This document shows, in pieces, positions 18,999 to 28,625 of a DNA stretch of 64,000 bases. The DNA is from Candidatus Bathyarchaeota archaeon. GTDB lineage: Archaea > Thermoproteota > Bathyarchaeia > Bathyarchaeales > Bathycorpusculaceae. Under the pieces are notes generated by a model. That model did no database searches. It was not told the DNA's origin and saw nothing but the letters and a program-made list of their open reading frames with translations. Made by a program: the position numbers and the translations under genes. Position 1 is the first letter of the stretch. Each line of letters starts with the position of its first letter. Location of the stretch: the NCBI GenBank assembly GCA_937873375.1, contig CALMWK010000125.1, positions 24,870-88,869 on the forward strand, read 5' to 3'.

Positions 18999-20492
18999 CT
19001 AGAAAGGCTGAGTTATTTCAACCTTATGCTTGCTCTGCCACTCTTTAATTGGCATGCCCAGTTTCTTTTCCACATCGGCGCGGTGGATGCTGTTCATGGT
19101 GCAGAAGGGTATTATGCGCCCGTCAGGCACCGCATAGTGGATAACGCATCGTTGGACGCGTTCTAGGTCGAAGTTGTAGGGGTCCATGAAGTGCATCGAA
19201 GACAGCAAAATGGATTGGCGCTGCAGGTCTCCAAGAGCTTGGTAGCTGCCTTCGGTCAGCACGCTCCATATGTATTTTCGCATGAAACCTAGTTTCACGT
19301 TTTTTATGGCTGGACCAAGCAGGCTGCGTTTTGAAACTTTTTTGCCTTCTTTCATGGCTTTCTCGTAAGCTTTCTTGACGGAGGCGGAGAATTTTTCCAC
19401 GTTTGCGTATCGTGTGATGGGCGTGATTTTGCCGTCCTCCACGAAGAGGTATGTTGCCATGCCGCAGTGGGGGTGAGCTGTGAATTCTACGTATCGTTTG
19501 TCTTGCATGGCGCCGACGGCTTTGGAGATAGGCACGACGGTGGGTACGGGGAAGAAGTCTGAAACTTTGATGGCGCCTTTTGTTTGTTCTTCAGTGAGGC
19601 GCATGAAGTCTGGGATGGTGATGCGCATTTTTTCCCGTTCTTGTTGGGGCAGTCTGCCGCAGAGGGAAACGGGTTGGACGTTTATGCATCGGACTATGTC
19701 GAAGTTTTTAACGGCGAAGTCTATGATGTCGCCGAGTTGGTTGTCGTTGACGCCTTTCACTAAGGTAACGACGAGAACGACGCTTTTGATGCCTGCTTCG
19801 CGCATGTTCTGCAGAGCTTTCATTTTTATGTCCAGCAGGTCTATGCCGCGGATGAATTTGTAAACGTCGGAGGTTAAGCCGTCGAATTGGAGGTAAAATG
19901 TGCTGACGCCTGCTTCTTTGAGTTTTTTCGCGTACTCTACATCTTGCGAGATGCGAACGCCGTTGGTGTTGACTTCTACGTGGCGGAAACCGAGTTCTTT
20001 GGCTTTGTGAACAAAATCAATTAGCTCGTTGCGGATGGTGGGTTCGCCGCCTGAGAACTGCAACGCCGTGGCTGGGACAGGTTTGGTTGCGCGCAGGTTC
20101 TCTAGCATGCCTGTGACTTGTTCTTTGGTGGGTTCGTATACGTATCCTGCGGCTGAGGCGTTGGCGAAGCAGACTGGGCATTTGAGGTTGCATCTGTTGG
20201 TGATGTCGATTATGGCAAGCGCGGTGTGTGATTTGTGTTCGGGGCAGATGCCGCAGTCAAGCGGGCAACCGTTAACTTTCTGGGTACGAGGGTTTTCTAT
20301 CCCGTCGCCGTCGCATCGGAATTTCTCCGCCCTCATGTATTGGTCATAGTCGGACCAGTAAAGTTCTTGGTAAGCTCCGTGCTCGGGACATTCTTTTTTG
20401 ATGAAAACTTTGCCCTCGTCCTCGTATATGGTGGCGTCTAAAGCTTTGAGGCATTCGGGGCAGATACTTCTTGTGTTTTTAATTACTTTCAT
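18999..20492 (-). CDS. tes: radical SAM tetraether lipid synthase Tes (GDGT-MAS family)
   Basis: CPEC...CPEH, CPLDCGICPEH, CNLKCPVC, HPHCG, MHFMDPYNFD..R..RC.IHY, IIPFC; start moved to ATG 20492. Confidence 0.9.
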   Translation of the reverse strand: MKVIKNTRSICPECLKALDATIYEDEGKVFIKKECPEHGAYQELYWSDYDQYMRAEKFRCDGDGIENPRTQKVNGCPLDCGICPEHKSHTALAIIDITNRCNLKCPVCFANASAAGYVYEPTKEQVTGMLENLRATKPVPATALQFSGGEPTIRNELIDFVHKAKELGFRHVEVNTNGVRISQDVEYAKKLKEAGVSTFYLQFDGLTSDVYKFIRGIDLLDIKMKALQNMREAGIKSVVLVVTLVKGVNDNQLGDIIDFAVKNFDIVRCINVQPVSLCGRLPQQEREKMRITIPDFMRLTEEQTKGAIKVSDFFPVPTVVPISKAVGAMQDKRYVEFTAHPHCGMATYLFVEDGKITPITRYANVEKFSASVKKAYEKAMKEGKKVSKRSLLGPAIKNVKLGFMRKYIWSVLTEGSYQALGDLQRQSILLSSMHFMDPYNFDLERVQRCVIHYAVPDGRIIPFCTMNSIHRADVEKKLGMPIKEWQSKHKVEITQPF

Positions 20493-20590
20493 GATTATCA
20501 CTAGGTGATGTTAACGTTTGATAGAAGGAGCAAATGTATTAAATAATAAGGTTTCCAAACGTTTACTACGGTGAATCAGGGGGAACGTGT

Positions 20591-21340
20591 TTGTCGATAA
20601 ATGAGAGCACTAGGGAAATGCTGCGCGAGATGGGTTTGAACGCGTACGAAGTTGACGCTTATGTGGTGTTGCTTGAGACTGGGCAGATAACTGCTATGGA
20701 GATAAGCCGTGAAGCGAAAGTGCCGTACAGCAAAATTTACGAGGTTTTGAATTCGCTTAAAGAGAAAGGCTGGGTTAAGAGTTCTGAGAGTCGTCCTTTC
20801 AAGTATTATCCTGTTTCTCCGCTTGAGGCGTCGGCGTTTACGAAGCATCGGCTTGAGGATAAGTTTTTGGGTTGGGAGCAGATGGTGAGTGAAGCGTTGC
20901 AGCCGCTTTATGAGAAGCGGGAGTTGGTTGAGCGTCCTGACATTTTGATTTTGCATGGTCAGCAGGCGGTTGTGGCGAAGTTGGAGGAGGTTCTTAAGAA
21001 GGCTAACAAGGAGATTATGATTGCCGCGCCTATCTTTGCCAGACCCATAATTGCGTCTGCGGACCAGATGCTTTCGGGTTTGAAGAAGACTGTGACGATT
21101 AAGCTTATGGTGGCGGGTAAAAGTGACGAGTGGCAGTTTCTCAAAAAAGTTGCAGGCGTAAACGAGTTACGAGCAAGAGAACATATGTTCGGCGGCGGAG
21201 TCATCGCGGATGGGAAAGAGGCTATGCTGTTTTTGGGCGAAGAAAAACCCAGCTTGGTTATTTGGAGTAATCATGTGGGTTTGGTTGGGTTTGCCCGTGA
21301 GTACTTCCAGTTTCTGTGGGATTCCTCTACGAAGGCTTAA
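20591..21340 (+). CDS. TrmB-family transcriptional regulator
   Basis: GLNAYEVDAY, VPYSKIYEVLNSL, RPFKY; C-terminal effector domain. Confidence 0.92.
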   Translation: MSINESTREMLREMGLNAYEVDAYVVLLETGQITAMEISREAKVPYSKIYEVLNSLKEKGWVKSSESRPFKYYPVSPLEASAFTKHRLEDKFLGWEQMVSEALQPLYEKRELVERPDILILHGQQAVVAKLEEVLKKANKEIMIAAPIFARPIIASADQMLSGLKKTVTIKLMVAGKSDEWQFLKKVAGVNELRAREHMFGGGVIADGKEAMLFLGEEKPSLVIWSNHVGLVGFAREYFQFLWDSSTKA

Positions 21341-21416
21341 CGCTGCTGTGGCGGTTGAGGGTAATTCTTAAATTATCTTCCAGCGCCTACATAGTTATCT
21401 TTTAAGAGGCAGTTTT

Positions 21417-22667
21417 ATGGCACCCGAACATACTCCGTTAACGGTGGCGCAGGCGCAGCTTAAGCTTGCAGCCAAAAAGTTGAATTTGGATTCTGGGATT
21501 CACAAGATTTTGAGCCAGCCTAAACGCTCCATACTAGTCAGCGTGGACATCAGGATGGATAACTGTACGGTGGGTGTTTTTAGGGGTATACGGGTGCAGC
21601 ATTGGGATGTGCGTGGTCCCTTCAAAGGCGGCATTCGGTTTTACCCGAACATTACTATGGATGAGGTGACGGCGCTTGCCATGCTTATGACGTGGAAGTG
21701 CTCCATAGCGGATATTCCTTATGGTGGAGCTAAAGGCGGCATTTGTGTTGACTCGAAAAAGTTGAGCAAAGGCGAACTGGAACGTTTAACCCGTCGATAC
21801 GTCAGCCTCATCGTGGAGTACCTTGGTCCTCACCGCGACATACCCGCGCCCGACATGTACACTGACGCGCAGACCATGGCGTGGATAATGGACACCTACA
21901 GCCAACTCAAAGGCTACAGCATACCCGAATGCGTCACAGGCAAACCAGTGGAAATAGGCGGCTCCGAAGGCAGAACCGAAGCTACAGGCAAAGGCGTAAT
22001 TCACTGCGTAAAAGAAGCCGCGGCAAACATTGATTTGAAGCTCAAGAACGCAGAGGTCGCAATTCAGGGTTTTGGCAATGTGGGTTTTCACGCGGCGCAG
22101 GCAGCGCATGGGTTAGGCTGCAAAGTCGTTGCCGTCAGCGACTCCTCAGGCGGAATCTACTGCCAGAAAGGTTTGAATCCTGATGCCGTTTTAGCTCACA
22201 AAGAAAAAACGGGGTCCGTGCAGAACTTTAAAGGCTGCAAAAACATAACCAACGAAGAACTCATCGAAGCCAAATGCGACATACTCATCCCCGCCGCCCT
22301 ACAAAACCAGATAACCCAGAAAAACGCCGACAAAATCCAAGCCCGCATGGTCGCCGAAGCCGCCAACGGACCCACCACACCCGAAGCCGACAGAATCCTC
22401 CACGAGAAAAACATCTGCCTGATTCCTGACATACTTGCCAACTGCGGTGGCGTAACCGTGAGCTATTTTGAGTGGGTGCAAAACCTGACCCGTGAGCACT
22501 GGACGCTGGAGAAGGTGAATGGGAAGCTGGAAACGAAGATGACTAAGGCGTTCAACGACGTGTACTCGTTGTCACAGGAAGAAGAGAGCGACATGCGAAC
22601 CGCCGCGCTCATGCTGGGTGTGGGGAGAGTTGCTAGCGCCATAAAAACCCTGGGACTATGGCCATAA
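21417..22667 (+). CDS. gdhA: glutamate dehydrogenase
   Basis: GPFKGGIR, GGAKGG, DIPAPD, QGFGNVG, EAANGPT, SYFEWVQN. Confidence 0.97.
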   Translation: MAPEHTPLTVAQAQLKLAAKKLNLDSGIHKILSQPKRSILVSVDIRMDNCTVGVFRGIRVQHWDVRGPFKGGIRFYPNITMDEVTALAMLMTWKCSIADIPYGGAKGGICVDSKKLSKGELERLTRRYVSLIVEYLGPHRDIPAPDMYTDAQTMAWIMDTYSQLKGYSIPECVTGKPVEIGGSEGRTEATGKGVIHCVKEAAANIDLKLKNAEVAIQGFGNVGFHAAQAAHGLGCKVVAVSDSSGGIYCQKGLNPDAVLAHKEKTGSVQNFKGCKNITNEELIEAKCDILIPAALQNQITQKNADKIQARMVAEAANGPTTPEADRILHEKNICLIPDILANCGGVTVSYFEWVQNLTREHWTLEKVNGKLETKMTKAFNDVYSLSQEEESDMRTAALMLGVGRVASAIKTLGLWP

Positions 22668-22790
22668 CAACTCTAATTTCTCATTCAAATGACGCCCCTT
22701 TCAGTTGTATTTGGCAAATTAATACACATAACATAGGTAAAAATTTTTCACGGTTAAACTTTAAAAAGAAAAGCGTATAATAATTAATGG

Positions 22791-23426
22791 ATGACTTCGA
22801 TGAATCCACTTGAAAAGGAAACTTTGAAGTACGAAAAGAGAGGCTACAAAGTTGAACAGAAAAGAACCTTAAAGTACGGTCTCAGAACCTTCATCAACAA
22901 AAAGGGCGGTTTTTTTGGGATTGATGAAGGTGTATACATATACTATGTTGATGGAGATGCAACTACCGATGACCTTCGTGAGTGCTTTAAGGATTACGTG
23001 AAATTCTATGAAGAAAAGAATTTTGATAGTAGCGACAAGGGTTTGTTCCTTTGTACTGGAAAAGTGGATGAAAAATTGTTTCGAGATTTGCGAAAAGCGA
23101 TTATTCGTGACGATGATATTCGCAACAGTATTAAATTAGTAAAAAGCGGCCAATCTACACAGAAAACATCTGTAGAAAAGACAGCGAAAAAAGAAGCCTC
23201 TTGTGTAAAAGCCTCACCTTTGTCGCATGATGAAACAGAAAGAATTATTCATAGAGTTGGAACGATTTGTTGTTACCCCAATTGTAAAGAAAACATCGCA
23301 TTAGATGTTCATCATATTGTTCCAAGAGAAGACGGAGGAACAAATAGAGACGATAATTTAATTGTTTTATGCCCTGTTCATCACCGTCTAGCAGACAGAG
23401 GAGCCATTCCAAAAAAAAAGACTTGA
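22791..23426 (+). CDS. HNH endonuclease with N-terminal restriction-endonuclease-like domain
   Basis: CCYPNC...VHHIVP...GGTN..DNLIVLCPVHH; visibly AT-rich versus neighbours. Confidence 0.85.
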   Translation: MTSMNPLEKETLKYEKRGYKVEQKRTLKYGLRTFINKKGGFFGIDEGVYIYYVDGDATTDDLRECFKDYVKFYEEKNFDSSDKGLFLCTGKVDEKLFRDLRKAIIRDDDIRNSIKLVKSGQSTQKTSVEKTAKKEASCVKASPLSHDETERIIHRVGTICCYPNCKENIALDVHHIVPREDGGTNRDDNLIVLCPVHHRLADRGAIPKKKT

Positions 23427-23783
23427 GATGAACAATGTAAGAAGAATGGAAGACAAAGGACTCTGACCAAATTTTTGACTGACTGCAAAAAATCGCTTTT
23501 GACAGGAAAAAAATCATCTACACAGGCTGCAATAACCCTAAACTGGAAGCTCTCATGAAATCGTGCAAACGAGTTCTTTAGGTTGTTCTGTACCCCTAAA
23601 ATAGCATCGCGAACGTATCTACTTGTTACTGTCTGCACAACCAAGGCACAACCAAACAGCGCCCAAACCAAACCCCAAAAACAAAACCCAACCCCCCGCT
23701 CAAAGCCTAAGAAGTAGATGTGTATAGCAACCAAACTACAACTACATCTAAACAAAAAAAACAAACACCATACAGAACCCATA

Positions 23784-23826
23784 GATTCTACATATAATGG
23801 GGGATTAGCCAAAAAACAGCACAAAA
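23784..23826 (-). repeat. partial dispersed repeat (CTA-C5-TTAT..TAGAATC module)
   Basis: Reverse complement ttttgtgct...ctaatcccccattatatgtagaatc resembles 51946-51988. Confidence 0.55.
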
Positions 23827-23935
23827 GACACACCGCTACACCACAGTTTTGCGCTATTTTTTTTATCCAAATACTTTTAACCGTTCCGCCTATACTGTTC
23901 AACCTCACAAGCTAACGTTTACTGAGGGAAGAGAA

Positions 23936-24496
23936 GTGCCGCCAAAACTGGAAAACATAGATTTTCGCTTCGAAAACACACCAGCAAAAATCGTAGCCAA
24001 CAGAAACCACCCCCAAATCAAACTCGCAGGCTTAAACATTGGACCCCTCGAAGAAGGCAACGAATACGAAATCTACTACTGGATAGCCAAAGAACTCACC
24101 GAAGCAGGAATGGCACACTTCCGCGAAGACGACATCCTAGACGCCACCAAACTCTACAAAGTCCAATGGAAAGAACGCGTCCAAGCAGCAGGACAAATCA
24201 GCGAACTCCCAGAAGACTTCTACCCCAAACTCCGCAGATACCTCAAAGACGCAAAAAACCAAATCACCAAACAACCCGAACCAACCAAAGTCCAAGACTA
24301 CCAAAAAATAAAACACCTCACAGGCGACATCGTAAACTCCAGACTCAAAAAAATCGTCACTCTCGCCTCAGGACCAACCCAAAGCGACCAAACAGTAAAA
24401 AAACTCACCTACGAAGAAAGACTCATCTTTGACCAACTCGCAAAAATAATCCACAACTGGAGAAACCGCATCCTCCAACATGACAACGAAGAGTGA
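23936..24496 (+). CDS. gins23: GINS subunit Gins23
   Basis: YWIAKEL, LPEDFYPKL, SRLKKIV, LTYEE; directly upstream of MCM; GTG start behind GAGGG. Confidence 0.85.
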   Translation: MPPKLENIDFRFENTPAKIVANRNHPQIKLAGLNIGPLEEGNEYEIYYWIAKELTEAGMAHFREDDILDATKLYKVQWKERVQAAGQISELPEDFYPKLRRYLKDAKNQITKQPEPTKVQDYQKIKHLTGDIVNSRLKKIVTLASGPTQSDQTVKKLTYEERLIFDQLAKIIHNWRNRILQHDNEE

Positions 24497-26538
24497 AAAA
24501 CATGGCCCGAACCCAAGAAACCATAGACCCACAAGAACGCTTCTTAGAATTCTTCAAAAAAGAGAAGTACCGCCAAAAAATCAGCCAAATGGCCATCCAA
24601 GGCAAAGAATCCATAACTGTGGACTTCGAAGAACTCTTCGGCTTCGACCAAAAACTAGCCGAAATCCTCCTAGACAAACCCGAACAATACCTCCAACACG
24701 CCAACAACGCAGCATACGCACAACTAGGCATCGAAGACAACGAATACGCCCAAAAAATAGAAAAAATCACCGTCCGCATCACCCACCTCCTAGGCCACGA
24801 ACAACTCCGCAAACTAGGCAGCAAACAAATGGGTAAACTAGTCCTCATAGAAGCCATAGTCGTACGAGCCACACCCGTCAGACCCATGGTCATGAACGCC
24901 ACCTTCAAATGCAAAAGATGCGGAACCCAAAACCAAGTCGAACAAAAAGGCCAATTTCTCAAAGCACCCCAAGTCTGCGCAGGACCAGACTGCGGAAAAG
25001 ATGGCCCATTCGAATTCATACAAGAAGAATCCACCTTCATAGACTCACAAGACCTGCGGCTACAAGAACGCCCTGAAGATCTGCCACCAGGACAACTCCC
25101 AAGAACCCTAGCCGCAAAACTCATCGGCGACGAAGTAGTCGACGTCGCCAGACCAGGAGACCACGTCTCCATCGTAGGCATAGTGCAAGCTTTTGCGCCC
25201 TCCCGACCAGGCATCGGAAAACTCCGCACCTTCATACTTCAACTAGACGCCAACAGCATCGAAGTTTTAGGCAAAGAACCCGAAAGCTCACCCCCCACAC
25301 CCGAAGAAGAAGAAAAAATCTTTGCCCTCGCAAAAGACCCACAAGTCCACCGCAAACTCGTAAGCTCCATCGCACCCTCCATCTACGGTTACGACCACAT
25401 CAAAGAAGCCATCCTGTACCTGCTCTTTGGAGGAGTCTCCAAAACCCTCCCAGACGTCAACGTCAGAGGCGAAATGAACGCCCTCATCATCGGAGACCCA
25501 GGCACAGCCAAATCACAACTCCTACAGTACGTAGCAAGAATCGCACCAAGAGGCCTTTACACCTCAGGCAGAGGAACAACCGCCGCAGGCCTCACAGCAG
25601 CAGTCATCCGCGAAAAAGGCGGCTCCATGAGCCTCGAAGCAGGCGCACTTGTCCTCGCAGACAAAGGCATAGCATGCATCGACGAAATGGACAAAATGCG
25701 CCCCGAAGACCGCGTTGCCATCCACGAAGCCATGGAACAACACACAGTCTCCGTCGCCAAAGGAGGCATAGTCGCCACCCTGAACGCACGCACAGCTGTT
25801 CTAGCCGCAGCCAACCCTGCCTTGGGCAGATATGAACCCCACCGAACCGTTGCAGAAAACATCAGCCTACCCGTAACCATCCTCTCCAGATTCGACATCA
25901 TCTTCGTGCTGCGCGATGTCCCCAACAAAGAAGCAGACAGCAAAATGTCCCAGCACATCCTAGAAATCCACCGAAAAGGCAGAAGCCCAGTTGAAGCCCC
26001 AGTAGATGCTGAACTTCTGCGCAAATACATAAGCTACGCCAAAACCTTCAAACCTGAACTGAACGACGAGGCACTAAATCGTCTGCGCGAATTCTACCTA
26101 GCCATGCGTGCGGCAAGCGAATCCGAAGGTTCCCCTGTTGCGATTACAGCACGTCAACTTGAATCTCTAGTCCGTATAGCTGAAGCCCGAGCACGCGCAG
26201 CTCTAAGAAAAGAAGTCACAGGCGAAGACGCAGAAGCCGCCATCACCATCATGAAACGGTCACTGGAGGAAGTGGGCATCGACATGTCCTCCTACAAGAT
26301 GGACATCGACCTCATCATGACGGGCAGACCAAAAAGCGTGCGAGACAAACTCCAAGTAGTGCTCTCAACAGTAATAGAGATGGAGAAGGAAACCGGCACT
26401 GTTGAAAGAGATGCCCTTGTGTCCGAGCTGGAGTCAAAGCATAAGCTGTCGCGGTCTGAAATTGAACGGATGATTGGGCAACTGCTGAAAGAAGGCACAT
26501 TGTACGAGCCTGGTGAAGGGCGCTTAAAGAAAACCTAA
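24493..26538 (+). CDS. mcm: replicative helicase MCM (no intein)
   Basis: GDPGTAKSQ, IDEMDKM, ILSRFD, ITARQLESL. Confidence 0.99.
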   Translation: MKNMARTQETIDPQERFLEFFKKEKYRQKISQMAIQGKESITVDFEELFGFDQKLAEILLDKPEQYLQHANNAAYAQLGIEDNEYAQKIEKITVRITHLLGHEQLRKLGSKQMGKLVLIEAIVVRATPVRPMVMNATFKCKRCGTQNQVEQKGQFLKAPQVCAGPDCGKDGPFEFIQEESTFIDSQDLRLQERPEDLPPGQLPRTLAAKLIGDEVVDVARPGDHVSIVGIVQAFAPSRPGIGKLRTFILQLDANSIEVLGKEPESSPPTPEEEEKIFALAKDPQVHRKLVSSIAPSIYGYDHIKEAILYLLFGGVSKTLPDVNVRGEMNALIIGDPGTAKSQLLQYVARIAPRGLYTSGRGTTAAGLTAAVIREKGGSMSLEAGALVLADKGIACIDEMDKMRPEDRVAIHEAMEQHTVSVAKGGIVATLNARTAVLAAANPALGRYEPHRTVAENISLPVTILSRFDIIFVLRDVPNKEADSKMSQHILEIHRKGRSPVEAPVDAELLRKYISYAKTFKPELNDEALNRLREFYLAMRAASESEGSPVAITARQLESLVRIAEARARAALRKEVTGEDAEAAITIMKRSLEEVGIDMSSYKMDIDLIMTGRPKSVRDKLQVVLSTVIEMEKETGTVERDALVSELESKHKLSRSEIERMIGQLLKEGTLYEPGEGRLKKT

Positions 26539-26581
26539 ACCATAAAGGTAAAGCACAATCACCTACTGGAGAAACATACAC

Positions 26582-27676
26582 ATGAAACCCGTAATGGTGG
26601 TTACAGGCACCAGACCTGAAATCATAAAAATGGCGCCCGTCCTCAGGGCGCTGCGCAAACGCAAACTCCCAACTTTCTTTGTTCACTGCGGGCAACACTA
26701 CGACTATGATATGGCGCAGAAATTTATCGAAGACCTTGAACTTCCAGCGCCAGATTTCTCGTTCAAACTCAAAGGGGCATCACCCAACACGCAGATGGCA
26801 CGTATCATCACCCACATGGATAAACTGGTAAAAGAAAAACAGCCCTCAATTGTTCTGGTGGAAGGTGACACGAACACGGTTTTGGCATCCGCCATAGCAG
26901 CGAACAAGCGTGGAGTTCCAGTGGGGCATGTTGAGGCGGGTTTGAGAAGTTTTGACCTACGGATGCCTGAGGAACATAACAGGCGCTTAACAGACCACGT
27001 TTCCACGTTTCTGTTTGCTCCAACCAAGACGGCAGAGGCAAATTTGAAGCGAGAGAGTGTTTGGGGCAAAATCTTCGTCACAGGCAACACCGTTATAGAC
27101 GCAGTAAACCAGCACCTGCCAATAGCAGAAAAGAAATCAAAGATACTAAAAGAAATCCGGTTTGACAGGTTTGTTTTGGCTACAGCACACAGGGCAGAAA
27201 ACGTGGATGACCTTGCAGTCCTGAAGAATTTCATAGAGGCGTTTGCTGAGTCGCCTGTGCCTGTGGTTTACCCGATGCATCCGCGCACCAAAAAACGGCT
27301 ACGCCAAAACGGACTTTACACCCAAATCAAGAAGTGCAAAAAAGTTCAGGTTCTTCCACCATTAGGCTACTTGGACTTTTTGGTTCTGATGAAAAAATGC
27401 GAGTTGCTGGTGACTGATTCTGGTGGAATCCAAGAGGAAGCTACTGCGCCAGCAATACGGAAACCTGTTTTGGTGATTCGGCTCTCAACTGAGAGGCAGG
27501 AAGCGGTTGAAGCAGGATTCGCGAAAGTTGTAGGAACGGGAAAGCAGGAAATCTTAGCCGCTATAAAGGCGGCTGTGGAAAACAAAAAAGAATTGCCTAA
27601 TGAGTCGCCTTTTGGAGACGGAAAAGCCGCAGAGAAAACAGTGAAAAGAATAGAGGAAGAATTCGTTAGGGCTTAA
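26582..27676 (+). CDS. wecB: UDP-N-acetylglucosamine 2-epimerase (non-hydrolysing)
   Basis: GTRPEIIK, GQHYD, HVEAGLRS, TDSGGIQEE. Confidence 0.96.
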   Translation: MKPVMVVTGTRPEIIKMAPVLRALRKRKLPTFFVHCGQHYDYDMAQKFIEDLELPAPDFSFKLKGASPNTQMARIITHMDKLVKEKQPSIVLVEGDTNTVLASAIAANKRGVPVGHVEAGLRSFDLRMPEEHNRRLTDHVSTFLFAPTKTAEANLKRESVWGKIFVTGNTVIDAVNQHLPIAEKKSKILKEIRFDRFVLATAHRAENVDDLAVLKNFIEAFAESPVPVVYPMHPRTKKRLRQNGLYTQIKKCKKVQVLPPLGYLDFLVLMKKCELLVTDSGGIQEEATAPAIRKPVLVIRLSTERQEAVEAGFAKVVGTGKQEILAAIKAAVENKKELPNESPFGDGKAAEKTVKRIEEEFVRA

Positions 27677-28446
27677 GAGATGTAAGTAGTTTTTTTATCT
27701 TCTTCTTTGCGGGTTTCTTCAGCCTGCAAAACTCTGGTCTCTTCAATCTTCTGCAGTCGCGTCACCATCTTATCCGCTTTTACGATGTCTTCGTCTAAGC
27801 CGGCAAGGTCAAGGTTGAAGCTGAACATGTTTTTTAGAACTTCCAGAACGCTTCTTGAAGCTAATGGGTCAGGTAGGTAACCGCGTGTTTCACCTAAAAG
27901 GCAGAGGGCGTTGATTTTTTGGAAGCGGGCTAAGCCGAGGATTAAGCCTGCGGTGCCGACTATGGGGCTTCCTGAGGGGCTCACGGTTGAGCCTGCGTTG
28001 AGGGCTTGGTTGAGGATTTCTTGGTTTGTGCCTGCGACGATGACTTTGGGTTTGTCTTTGGCTTCCATGCGGTATCCGCCGATGGTTACGATGGTTTTTA
28101 CTTTGTGTTTTTTGCTAAAGTCTATCATGCAGTCGGCGATTTCGTATTGTCCTTCAATGGTTTGAGATTGGCTGTCGCCGGTGAAGAAGATGAGGTCGTT
28201 GGGTCCAGCGGTGTTTTTCACGTAGTAGAATGCTCCGCGCAGGAGCCTAACGTTGCCTTTTTTGTTAACAAGAACAAAGTAAGGAAAGTGCGGTGAGTAT
28301 AGGTAGGCGAATTTTTGGGCTTTCAGTTGTTTGATGAGGTAGCGGATGGCGATTTTGCCGACTAGTCCCAAACCGGGTAATCCTTCGATGAGGACTGGGT
28401 TGTTTGCTTCGATTTTGGCGATTTCTTTGATGTAGGTGGCTTTCAT
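27673..28446 (-). CDS. PAC2-family proteasome assembly chaperone
   Basis: EGLPGLGLVGK, GDSQ, IVGTAGL, CLLGETRGYLPDP. Confidence 0.92.
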   Translation of the reverse strand: MKATYIKEIAKIEANNPVLIEGLPGLGLVGKIAIRYLIKQLKAQKFAYLYSPHFPYFVLVNKKGNVRLLRGAFYYVKNTAGPNDLIFFTGDSQSQTIEGQYEIADCMIDFSKKHKVKTIVTIGGYRMEAKDKPKVIVAGTNQEILNQALNAGSTVSPSGSPIVGTAGLILGLARFQKINALCLLGETRGYLPDPLASRSVLEVLKNMFSFNLDLAGLDEDIVKADKMVTRLQKIEETRVLQAEETRKEEDKKTTYIS

Positions 28447-28613
28447 TTTGTTAATTGTTCCTTTCTTTGGGCTAATCGGTATTTCATGTATTTGTCGTCA
28501 GGGGAATACTTTGCGGGGTGAGGGCTGTGGACGGGTCCGCCGCAGTGTGGGCAGGTGTCTGTTTTTAATGTGTAGTTGTTGCATTTTTCGCATTGGCGTA
28601 ATAACCAAACCAG
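28443..28613 (-). CDS. nop10: H/ACA RNP protein Nop10 (CTG start)
   Basis: Not in ORF track. (M)VWLLRQCEKCNNYTLKTDTCPHCGGPVHSPHPAKYSPDDKYMKYRLAQRKEQLTK; stop overlaps PAC2 ATG. Confidence 0.92.
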   Translation of the reverse strand: MVWLLRQCEKCNNYTLKTDTCPHCGGPVHSPHPAKYSPDDKYMKYRLAQRKEQLTK

Positions 28614-28625
28614 TGTTTTTCCCTT

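Noticed and set aside
20591..22667. TrmB protein as a dedicated gdh regulator
   Set aside because: Adjacency only; no operator motif could be identified and gdh has its own TATA-like element
23381..23908. 175 aa minus-strand ORF
   Set aside because: Arises from the stop-poor G/T-rich complement of the A/C tract; no protein-like motifs
23427..23935. Replication origin upstream of gins23-mcm
   Set aside because: No cdc6/orc1 in the window and no convincing ORB repeats; only one weak ACTGGAA-like match
24493..26538. Intein in MCM
   Set aside because: 681 aa is normal length and the motifs are uninterrupted
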